From a virus (lineage: Duplodnaviria; Caudoviricetes): DNA of 36,126 nt. Numbering within the stretch: the first letter of the stretch is position 1; the number at the start of each line of letters is the position of its first letter. A model generated the notes under the pieces. That model was not told the origin of the DNA, ran no database searches, and was given only the letters and a program-made list of their open reading frames with translations. Both the position numbers and the translations under genes were made by a program. The stretch covers positions 1 to 36,126 of the IMG/VR virus record IMGVR_UViG_3300003541_000008; one strand, written 5' to 3'. Below are positions 8,756 through 15,973 of this stretch, piece after piece.

Positions 8756-9187
8756 ATGGTTGATAAAACTATTACCCTGCTTAGCGGTGAACGCGTAGTG
8801 ATAAGCGACGATGGGGAAAGCGTCTTGCTGGGCCTCATAGACAAGAAAGGCGTTGCGCCCCTAGTGGTCACGCTTACGAGGGAGGAGGCGCTGAAGATAG
8901 CCGCTGTCCTCCTGAGCATGAAGGAAGATGACGTTCAGGAGGCGAAAGACTGGGAGACGCACGCGAGCCATGATGTAGAGCTCTTGGAAAAAGCGGCGTA
9001 CTACGCCTATCGCCTTTTGGTGGCGGGGCCCTTTCCGTGGACTCTCCTTAGCGAGGACGCAAAGAAAATGTGGCGGGGGAACGTGCTGGCGGACGATCCG
9101 TTTAAAAAAGATATCGCCGAAGCACAAAATGCAACTCGCAAAAAGGATATCGCGCAGTTACTGAAAAATCTTCACACGTCAGCCTGA
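8756..9187 (+). CDS. Hypothetical protein (143 aa)
   Basis: AGGAG RBS. Confidence 0.75.
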   Translation: MVDKTITLLSGERVVISDDGESVLLGLIDKKGVAPLVVTLTREEALKIAAVLLSMKEDDVQEAKDWETHASHDVELLEKAAYYAYRLLVAGPFPWTLLSEDAKKMWRGNVLADDPFKKDIAEAQNATRKKDIAQLLKNLHTSA

Positions 9188-9202
9188 AGAAAGGACCCTT
9201 CC

Positions 9203-9445
9203 ATGCGCAATGCCCATGAGCGCCCATGCTTCAGTATCGAATACCTGTTCAAACCTGATGTGTGGATTCGCATAACGACAGATGAAAGCATTGCAGGGGC
9301 GAGGTTCAGCGCGGCGTTCTACCGGAACAAGGGACGGACGATTCGCGTCCTGGGGCCCAACGGCGGAGAAGTCCCCGAAGAGCTTCTAACCCCGACGCCT
9401 GAAGAGGCGGCCACGATAAAAAAGGGCGCATATTCATATAGTTGA
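9203..9445 (+). CDS. Hypothetical protein (80 aa), paralog of 10177..10443
   Basis: AAGGA RBS; shared FS(I/V)E and GR..R(V/I).GP.GG blocks. Confidence 0.75.
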   Translation: MRNAHERPCFSIEYLFKPDVWIRITTDESIAGARFSAAFYRNKGRTIRVLGPNGGEVPEELLTPTPEEAATIKKGAYSYS

Positions 9446-9457
9446 GGTGGATAAGCG

Positions 9458-9676
9458 ATGAAAGTATCCGGTGTTTATTGCTGCCCCTGCGGCGTCGAAA
9501 CAGAGTGCGGCTGGCATGATCTGGACGTGGGCAAGGTGATGCAATGCCCGGAGTGCAAGGCTGTTTATGGCCATGTCCGGCCGCGATGGGGAGGCTCCGT
9601 GTGGGTTCGGATTTCTAAAAAAGACGTCAAATTTCACGAGCTGCTAAGAGAGCCCGCAGAGGAGGGCGAAGAATGA
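9458..9676 (+). CDS. Small zinc-ribbon-like protein (72 aa)
   Basis: CPCG...CPEC cysteine pairs; GAGGTGG RBS. Confidence 0.7.
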   Translation: MKVSGVYCCPCGVETECGWHDLDVGKVMQCPECKAVYGHVRPRWGGSVWVRISKKDVKFHELLREPAEEGEE

Positions 9677-9888
9677 AAAAATTCAGCCTTTACATTGAAG
9701 TTTTCGGGACAGTTTACGCCGGAGACGTTGAAGCGGAGACAGAAGAGGAGGCCATAGCCATAGGGAACACGCGCACGCCGTCTGTCAGCCTATGCCATCA
9801 ATGCTCTGGCAAATTCTGCGATAGCCTTACCTTGGGCAAAACGTCTGCAGAAGAACAGGAGAAGGCGGATGAAGACGCAGCACTTTAA
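9673..9888 (+). CDS. Small acidic protein with VEAETEEEA motif and CxxC
   Basis: GGAGG RBS; ATGA overlap. Confidence 0.7.
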   Translation: MKKFSLYIEVFGTVYAGDVEAETEEEAIAIGNTRTPSVSLCHQCSGKFCDSLTLGKTSAEEQEKADEDAAL

Positions 9889-10180
9889 GTTCGCCCAGGG
9901 GGAGCTGATCACCATGACGAAGGCCCTCATAGACGATCCGGAGTTTGACGCGTTCGCCAGGGAGATAGTCTCCCTGGCGGCGGAGGCCGGAAAGACAGGC
10001 GGTCCACAGCGCCGGACGACTGACAACTACCACATATCCGCCTACCCCCTGCCCAAGAAGGCGGAGCATATAGGCTGGCATATGCAACGCAATGGTCGGA
10101 TGTTCGCCGTTGGCCACGTACAGCTGAAAAAGGGGGAGCGCCCCACAAGGGTGGCGGACGAAGCGGAGAAGACGGCATGA
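9869..10180 (+). CDS. Hypothetical protein (103 aa)
   Basis: Overlapping, co-oriented gene string. Confidence 0.65.
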   Translation: MKTQHFKFAQGELITMTKALIDDPEFDAFAREIVSLAAEAGKTGGPQRRTTDNYHISAYPLPKKAEHIGWHMQRNGRMFAVGHVQLKKGERPTRVADEAEKTA

Positions 10181-10443
10181 CAGGAAAATGGGAGTTCCCC
10201 CCGGCGAATGAGAGTTTCAGCGTTGAGACTTTCGCGGCGCCCGGACGGTTCATAGTGGCGGCGCGGGCAAGAGAGTTGAGCCGCGCCGCCCTAACGGCCA
10301 AGTACATGAAAAGCCAAGGGCGAAGAGTCAGGATTGTTGGCCCAATGGGCGGCGTGCTGGACGCGGAGCTGTGGGAGACGCCGCTTACGGAGAAAGAAAA
10401 AGAGCTCCTTGGCCAGTCCATCATGCGGAGAATAGGCCCGTGA
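10177..10443 (+). CDS. Hypothetical protein (88 aa), paralog of 9203..9445
   Basis: GGAG RBS; ATGA overlap. Confidence 0.75.
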   Translation: MTGKWEFPPANESFSVETFAAPGRFIVAARARELSRAALTAKYMKSQGRRVRIVGPMGGVLDAELWETPLTEKEKELLGQSIMRRIGP

Positions 10444-10724
10444 GGAGAATCCCCCGCGCCGACGAAATAGAAATTCGCCGCCTGATTGGCGGAAGCCGAC
10501 GCATGCAGCGTTTGAGCACGAGTCAAAAAGCAAATCTTGTGCAGATCCTTAGCACTCGCTACGAGGCCCCATGCTGGGCTATCCGCAGTCTCCTGAATCT
10601 GATCGATCTGGAGCGCACACAGGACCTTGCGGCCGTCGACGGCGACGCTCCGCCAGAGCCCTCCGTTTCCTGGGCCGAGCTCCGCGCGGCGATGGACGGC
10701 GATAAGGTTTGGCGCAAAAAATAA
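10440..10724 (+). CDS. Hypothetical protein (94 aa)
   Basis: GTGA overlap and GGAG RBS place the start at 10440. Confidence 0.6.
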   Translation: MRRIPRADEIEIRRLIGGSRRMQRLSTSQKANLVQILSTRYEAPCWAIRSLLNLIDLERTQDLAAVDGDAPPEPSVSWAELRAAMDGDKVWRKK

Positions 10725-10730
10725 AATCGC

Positions 10731-10759
10731 TTTACAATGGCCGAAACAGGCGCTATAGC
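10731..10759 (+). promoter_or_regulatory. Early sigma70-type promoter P2
   Basis: TTTACA-17 bp-TATAGC with an A-rich upstream tract; same 16-bp core as P1 and P3. Confidence 0.8.
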
Positions 10760-10805
10760 TATTTTCAGAGACGAGAAACATCAAGCCATTACATGGTGAG
10801 ACAAA

Positions 10806-11135
10806 ATGACCAAAACCACAAAGACCCCCTCCGCAAAAGCCACCCGCGAAGATCGTTCCGCAGTCATGGCCGCCGCTCACGTCTTTTTCAAAACAACGGG
10901 TTTGCCATGGGGGGTCTGCCAATTGGCCGCCTGGGAAAACTGGCGCCTGAAGAAGTTCGAAGAACTGCGCCTCGCCCAGGAGGCGGCTAACGCCGCCAAC
11001 GGTTCCATGGTCGACAAATCGTTGTATTCGATCGTGGCTGATCCCTATCGCCTGAAGGATGAGGCGCGGCGTATGGCGGCGGACGGGGCGTGGTGGCTGG
11101 TGTACGAGGCGATGCGCATGAAGAGCGCCGCCTGA
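10806..11135 (+). CDS. Hypothetical early protein (109 aa)
   Basis: GGTGAG RBS; first gene after P2. Confidence 0.75.
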   Translation: MTKTTKTPSAKATREDRSAVMAAAHVFFKTTGLPWGVCQLAAWENWRLKKFEELRLAQEAANAANGSMVDKSLYSIVADPYRLKDEARRMAADGAWWLVYEAMRMKSAA

Positions 11136-11144
11136 TGAAACAAC

Positions 11145-11166
11145 GGCCCAGGGAGCTCCCTGGGCC
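11145..11166. repeat. Perfect 22-bp palindrome
   Basis: GGCCCAGGGAGCTCCCTGGGCC, intergenic. Confidence 0.9.
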
Positions 11167-11187
11167 CCACATGGAGGATGCAAGCCG

Positions 11188-11688
11188 ATGGTGAGCGAAA
11201 ATGATTTTATGGAAGCGTCAGAGGATGAAGAGGAGCGCGAAGACGGCGGGATTTGCTGGAATGTGTATTTTAAGCGAATCCGCGTAGCCCTGAGGATAGA
11301 GGCTAAAGACGTCGTTGGCGTTTTTGAATTCGCGCCTGGGCCACTGATCACGGCGAACATTGTGCACCGATGGGGGCTTGGATCGCATCAGTTGAAATAC
11401 CGTCCTATGACGCTGTTGGACTTCGACAGGTTTACACAGGGATTGCCGTCGTATGTTGCACGGAGAAGCCTAACAGAGGCCCGTGCAGAGGAAGAGCGAA
11501 GAGCGGCGGAGGAGCTGTCCGCGCGGCGCAAGGCGTCAGCCCAGAAGCGCAAGGATACGATAGCGGCTAAAAAGGCGCAGGCGATTACGTCGGAAGCGCG
11601 CCAAGCATGGGTTGCATCTCTGGAGGCGGCGGAAGAGCTGGAGGAGGCGGAGAAAATAGCAAATGAGGAGATGGAGGAGGCAAAGTAA
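11188..11688 (+). CDS. DUF1456/YehS-like HTH protein with charged coiled-coil tail
   Basis: NVYFKRIRVALRI..DVVGVF...W.....KYRPM....DRFTQGL resembles the YehS repeat; GGAGG RBS. Confidence 0.55.
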   Translation: MVSENDFMEASEDEEEREDGGICWNVYFKRIRVALRIEAKDVVGVFEFAPGPLITANIVHRWGLGSHQLKYRPMTLLDFDRFTQGLPSYVARRSLTEARAEEERRAAEELSARRKASAQKRKDTIAAKKAQAITSEARQAWVASLEAAEELEEAEKIANEEMEEAK

Positions 11689-11721
11689 TAAAAATAGGAC
11701 GCCAACGCGGCGCCCTTATTC

Positions 11722-11757
11722 AGGCCGGTTCCGTGCAGGGGTCCGGCCTTTTGTTTT
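11722..11757 (+). terminator. Intrinsic terminator ending the middle plus-strand island
   Basis: AGGCCGG...CCGGCCT stem followed by TTTGTTTT at a convergent junction. Confidence 0.75.
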
Positions 11758-12113
11758 CAGACGGCCTCAAGGACGGATATGCTCCAGTCTGGGCCAAACT
11801 CAAAGCTTGCTTTGTCCCGAAGCGTTGGGGAATCCGACGTCGCCGCGACGCTCCTATTTGACGGATTAATTTCGTAGTGGACCGTTTTTCCAGATTCCAC
11901 TTCAACGTGGAGCACGCTTGATCCTTTGGGGGCGTTGGCGCGAGTGGACGATACAGCGGCGCCCGTGGACGCCGTCAGCGTCTGTTTTCCCAGGTAGGGT
12001 TGTTTAAGAAAAAACACAGAATCCGTGGAGAACCGGCCGCCCCCACCCCCTGCGGCAACCTTGGCTGATGTGATTCCGTCATGCGTAAAAATGCGTACTG
12101 TCGCCGTCATCAT
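11757..12113 (-). CDS. Small putative virion protein, paralog of 13809..14156
   Basis: Shared blocks VRIF, TDSV, LKQPYL, ASTGAAVSS, EFG..W..SVLEA; GGAG RBS. Confidence 0.8.
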   Translation of the reverse strand: MMTATVRIFTHDGITSAKVAAGGGGGRFSTDSVFFLKQPYLGKQTLTASTGAAVSSTRANAPKGSSVLHVEVESGKTVHYEINPSNRSVAATSDSPTLRDKASFEFGPDWSISVLEAV

Positions 12114-12122
12114 GGGCTCCTA

Positions 12123-13799
12123 TTATATCTGGTATAGGTTCCCGTTAACCTGCAAATACAGAACTGGCCTGTTAGCAGTCAAAACAAGATTTGCACCAGA
12201 TGAGTTAACAAAATGACCTGCCCCGGCAGCAGGGGCGGCGTCGTGTTGAATGGTTATGTTGCCAGTTGTCGCCACGATAGACACTAAAAAGCTAAGCGTC
12301 TGATCCACGCAAGCCCCAGCGGCGGCGGTTATGGTAGTGGGTGAGGAGTGCGTAAGCTGATAGAAATTTGCGTATCCCGCAAGAGTCGTTCCCGTCGCCT
12401 GAACAAGTTCTTCCTGATGGAGGCCGCTAAAGTGGCGGGTTCCTACTGAGTTGGCGTCTCCAATCTGCAACCTGTTGTCCGAGTAACCGCGAACAGGGAC
12501 GTCAGGAGTCACGGTTCCGCCGCCGAACTGAAGCCGCCCGCTTTGCCAATCAATCCTGAAGAATTTGCCTGCTGTGACAGAGGCGTACTCATAAACATTG
12601 CCTGCGCCAGCATCGCTCACAAACACGTCAAACGGGCCGTTGAAAGTGTTGAATGAGCCCCAGCCGCCTCTGACATGGTTGTTATCCGCCCCAGACAAGA
12701 ACGTGATAAATCCAGCCGTTGCGTGGCCGCCTTCGAACCGGCAATTTATGAAGTCGTTGCTGTCGCTGGCGCAGCTAATGGCCAAATTAGTTACTGCGCC
12801 CATTTCCAGATTGACGCCAATATAGGTATTGTTATTTGATTCGTTTCCCTCGGATAGAATTTTCCAACTCGGATCAACAGTCGTATACGCGCCATCAACC
12901 CGAATGGAACCGCCAAGGAACTGATTTTGGTTTACGCCCCAGGACGCCTGGGGAAGGAGGTGAATACCAATCTTATTGTTGATCAGCCTCCCAAGGTAGA
13001 AATTATTACAGACAATATTTGCGGAAACAGTGGATGAATCAAGAAGTAGCCCAGTGCAAAAGAAGGCTATCCCAGGTATCCAAAACTCACAGTTCTGCAT
13101 TCCTCCAGTGATGCGAACGCCAACTGACGTTGTGTCAACGCTGGAATACCACACAGGCGTGGCGTTAGAGCCTTTAAATACGGCTGGCAGCTTGTACTGT
13201 CTGCCGTAAAACATATTTGCGCCGCCAAGCGTCAGACTGCTCTCAATAAGCAGCGCCGTTCCTGTCCCGTCATAACGCAAAAGCGCGCCGTCATCGGCGT
13301 ACACGGCCACATTCGCCGTAAGCGTTATCGTTGTCGTGCCTGTGTAGTATTGCCCATAGGGTATCCAGATAGAGCCATAATTGAGCGTGGCCGCCGCCGC
13401 GATGGCGTTGGTGATGGCCACCGCGTCATTATCCGTATTATTCCCATAAGCGCCAAACGCCTTAACGTTCAGGCGGCCGTTGGTGAGCTGTATCTCCCAC
13501 CACGCGCCATCAAGAGACTGGACCTTTCCAGCGTGCGTCGGTTCGCTCACAACGCGCTTATACAGCGCGTCTCCGCCGTCGCCCGCCGTTCTATACCCCG
13601 ACGTTTGAATGGCGTTGGCGGATAGCGGAAAAGACAGTGCCGCCATACTCGCCCACGTTACCGCCAGCGCGGCGCCGCCCATGGTGAACAGGGCGTCGAT
13701 CGCGCTTTGAATATCCGTGTGCGGGATGTTTGTGGAGGGCGCAAACGGGAGATGACTCGCCTCTGGGCGAAACCCGATATCAGTTGCAACTGCGGACAT
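12123..13799 (-). CDS. Tailspike / depolymerase-like protein with pectate-lyase-type beta-helix
   Basis: GYRTAGDGG..DGAWWE module, then NVKAFGAYGNNTDNDAVAITNAI..WIPYGQY beta-helix cap and Asn-rich ladder. Confidence 0.85.
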   Translation of the reverse strand: MSAVATDIGFRPEASHLPFAPSTNIPHTDIQSAIDALFTMGGAALAVTWASMAALSFPLSANAIQTSGYRTAGDGGDALYKRVVSEPTHAGKVQSLDGAWWEIQLTNGRLNVKAFGAYGNNTDNDAVAITNAIAAAATLNYGSIWIPYGQYYTGTTTITLTANVAVYADDGALLRYDGTGTALLIESSLTLGGANMFYGRQYKLPAVFKGSNATPVWYSSVDTTSVGVRITGGMQNCEFWIPGIAFFCTGLLLDSSTVSANIVCNNFYLGRLINNKIGIHLLPQASWGVNQNQFLGGSIRVDGAYTTVDPSWKILSEGNESNNNTYIGVNLEMGAVTNLAISCASDSNDFINCRFEGGHATAGFITFLSGADNNHVRGGWGSFNTFNGPFDVFVSDAGAGNVYEYASVTAGKFFRIDWQSGRLQFGGGTVTPDVPVRGYSDNRLQIGDANSVGTRHFSGLHQEELVQATGTTLAGYANFYQLTHSSPTTITAAAGACVDQTLSFLVSIVATTGNITIQHDAAPAAGAGHFVNSSGANLVLTANRPVLYLQVNGNLYQI

Positions 13800-13808
13800 G
13801 GGGGCCTC

Positions 13809-14156
13809 TTACGATGCTTCTAGGACGGACAGAGTCCACCTATGACCAAATTCAATTATCGTCGCGCCTGTGAATTGGGGCGACGCCGCCGTTGCGACGA
13901 CGCTCCGCCCAGGAGGATTGACTTCAATATGCGCCGTCTTCCCGGCCTGGACCTGGATTTGGAGCAGCGCGGCCCCCGCGTGGCCCGTAGCGGCCGAAGA
14001 TGAAACGGCGGCGCCCGTGCTGGCCGCCAGCTGCTCCCCAGCAAGATATGGCTGCTTTAAGACGTGCACAGAATCTGTGACGGGGCGGCCTGACGCCGAC
14101 ACCGACATAATGGTGACCAATCCACCGTATGCAAAAATTCTAACAGCTGCCGCCAT
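13809..14156 (-). CDS. Small putative virion protein, paralog of 11757..12113
   Basis: Full-length similarity to the 118-aa gene; GGGGA RBS. Confidence 0.8.
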   Translation of the reverse strand: MAAAVRIFAYGGLVTIMSVSASGRPVTDSVHVLKQPYLAGEQLAASTGAAVSSSAATGHAGAALLQIQVQAGKTAHIEVNPPGRSVVATAASPQFTGATIIEFGHRWTLSVLEAS

Positions 14157-14323
14157 TTGGCGTTCCCCGCTTAAGTGTGGCTTCGCTTTTTCTAATCTAT
14201 ACCGGCCGCCCAGACGGGCGCTCTGCGCGCTGTCCCCCGGACTGGATAGGAAAGACTCAGCGCAACGCCGTCAAATGGCAAGTACATCGCCCACAGAACG
14301 GCCATGGGCGGTGTTTGGTGTTT

Positions 14324-14461
14324 TCAGCACTTATCCCCGCCGCCAGACTTAGGCCCCGTCTTTGGCCCCCCAAACCCGCCTGATGAGCCAGCGCCTTTGC
14401 CGCCCGACTTTCCGCCTGATTTGCCGCCCGACTTTCCGCCTGATTTGCCGCCCTTGGCCAT
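14324..14461 (-). CDS. Basic Gly/Lys/Ser peptide (45 aa) with GGKS repeats
   Basis: MAKGGKSGGKSGGKSGGKSGGKGAG...; GGAG RBS; repeats use alternating synonymous codons. Confidence 0.65.
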   Translation of the reverse strand: MAKGGKSGGKSGGKSGGKSGGKGAGSSGGFGGPKTGPKSGGGDKC

Positions 14462-14590
14462 AGCATAAACTCCGATCCTGGATTCGTATTGAATATTCAG
14501 CCCTTGCACCATAGCGGAGGGAGGGGCGCTTTTCTACTGTTGGCGGACGGGCTCCTGAGAGGAAGTTGATCCTCCGCCCAGGGATGGCGG

Positions 14591-14698
14591 CGGTTTGGAG
14601 CAAACCAAAGCGGTTTGGAGCAAACCAAAGCGGTTTGGAGCAAACCAAAGCGGTTTGGAGCAAACCAAAGCGGTTTGGAGCAAACCAAAGCGGTTTGG
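14591..14698. repeat. Tandem array, 5 exact copies plus a partial copy of CGGTTTGGAGCAAACCAAAG
   Basis: Read directly; each unit contains the inverted repeat GGTTTG-GAG-CAAACC; no spacers. Confidence 0.95.
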
Positions 14699-14699
14699 T

Positions 14700-15290
14700 T
14701 TTTGGCTAAGCTGTTGATGCGCCTGTACCTTGCCCAGGGCGGCCGTGGCGCTGTGGCCGAAATGCAACGAAAATGGCCTCCCCGCGCTCCAAACGATCCA
14801 CGGTTTTTGCAATCGTTCTCTCTATAGAAACACATATAGACTATAGTATACACCCCCCTATAGACCTTAGTCTAATACGTTTCCCCCTCTACATAAATTC
14901 ATAACGTGGATCATGTGGATGGGTATATATATCAATAAGTTAGTTTGGATTTAGAGCCAAATCACCCCCCAAAAGTGTGGATTGTTTTCCATAACTCGTG
15001 GATCAAACCAAACCAATCCCCAAAACCAAACCAAATCGCTCCAAACCAAACCCCAAAACGCGCCAAAACCCCTCTGCGGAGCGCCCCTAAGCCCCCTCTG
15101 GGCGGGTCAAACATGCATTAGACTTTAGATAGTGACGTTAACGTCAACTCGTGGAGCGTTTGGAGCAAAACCACGAAAACCCCCCATCCGCTCCAAACCG
15201 GCGTGGTTTGGATCACGCCAAACGCTCCAAACCGGCGTGGTTTGGGTCACGGCCGCCGCCCCTTACCCGCGCATTAGACTTTTGGTTAGT
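14700..15290. other. Non-coding origin-like or packaging/terminus region
   Basis: AT-rich core, IHF consensus match at 14930-14942, five (C/T)GTGGAT boxes, C/A-skewed tract, palindrome at 15133-15146. Confidence 0.55.
15189..15251. repeat. Two 29-bp direct repeats with internal CCAAACC/GGTTTGG inverted repeat
   Basis: CGCTCCAAACCGGCGTGGTTTGG(A/G)TCACG at 15189 and 15223. Confidence 0.9.
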
Positions 15291-15318
15291 TTACAATGGC
15301 CGAAATCGCCCCTATGTT
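15290..15318 (+). promoter_or_regulatory. Early sigma70-type promoter P3
   Basis: TTTACA-17 bp-TATGTT; same 16-bp core. Confidence 0.8.
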
Positions 15319-15359
15319 GTGACTCACAGACACAGCAAACGCCAACGGGAGACAGCCAT

Positions 15360-15626
15360 ATGAAGCGGGATATCACAAAGACGACAAAAACAAGCTTTGA
15401 TCGTCAGCGCGGTTCGAAACACATAACCGTGTATGTCATAGGTTATGACGATTATCCGGAGCATGGTTTTTCTGTGAGCGGGATAACAGAGGGCCATGTA
15501 AACCCGCTTTATAAATGCTGGTCTTTCATAAGAGGCCACGACACGCGCAAGTACGGAAGTTTTGGCGGAGGATTTGAGTCAGCACAGGCTGCGGCCGAAG
15601 CGGTATTTTCTGACCTATTTGCCTGA
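15360..15626 (+). CDS. Hypothetical early protein (88 aa)
   Basis: GGGAG RBS; start re-assigned to 15360, downstream of P3. Confidence 0.75.
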   Translation: MKRDITKTTKTSFDRQRGSKHITVYVIGYDDYPEHGFSVSGITEGHVNPLYKCWSFIRGHDTRKYGSFGGGFESAQAAAEAVFSDLFA

Positions 15627-15697
15627 CCCCCGCCACCCGTGGATTGCTCACCCTGGGCAATCCACAAAACCACGCAAAACCAAACGGAGCTCAAAAC

Positions 15698-15973
15698 ATG
15701 ACAGCTACAAACATTGCAAAACTCAACGCCGCCTGGATGCGCGCACGCAGCGAGCAGGCGCGAATTCAAATGAGGATGTTCTCCCACTGGGATAAGCAGG
15801 CGCAAGCGTACAAACCCAGCGCGGCGCAGCTTATCCGGGAATATGGCGAGGCGTGCAGTGCTCGTTGCGTCGCCTACGCCGCCTATGTGTCGGCGCTTCA
15901 GGATTCAGACCCGGCCGCCCAAATCCCAATTGACTTTGAGCCGCTGGGGGGCCCCGATGAAACGCCTGAATGA
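15698..15973 (+). CDS. Hypothetical protein (91 aa)
   Basis: GGAG RBS before ATG 15698. Confidence 0.7.
   Translation: MTATNIAKLNAAWMRARSEQARIQMRMFSHWDKQAQAYKPSAAQLIREYGEACSARCVAYAAYVSALQDSDPAAQIPIDFEPLGGPDETPE

Noticed and set aside
9927-11360. 477-aa minus-strand ORF
   Set aside because: Antisense to a well-punctuated string of plus-strand genes and across promoter P2; no recognisable motifs
11757-14156. Invertible or DGR-type tail fibre switching system
   Set aside because: Flanking paralogs are direct and diverged at the DNA level; no recombinase, reverse transcriptase or TR/VR pair seen
14591-14698. CRISPR array
   Set aside because: Units are head-to-tail and identical with no spacers; no cas genes in the window
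14349-14853. ORFs reading through the 20-bp array (14349..14663, 14497..14853, 14534..14812, 14615..14827)
   Set aside because: The period is not a multiple of 3, so the same peptide appears in all frames; no convincing RBS; open frames are a by-product of a stop-free repeat
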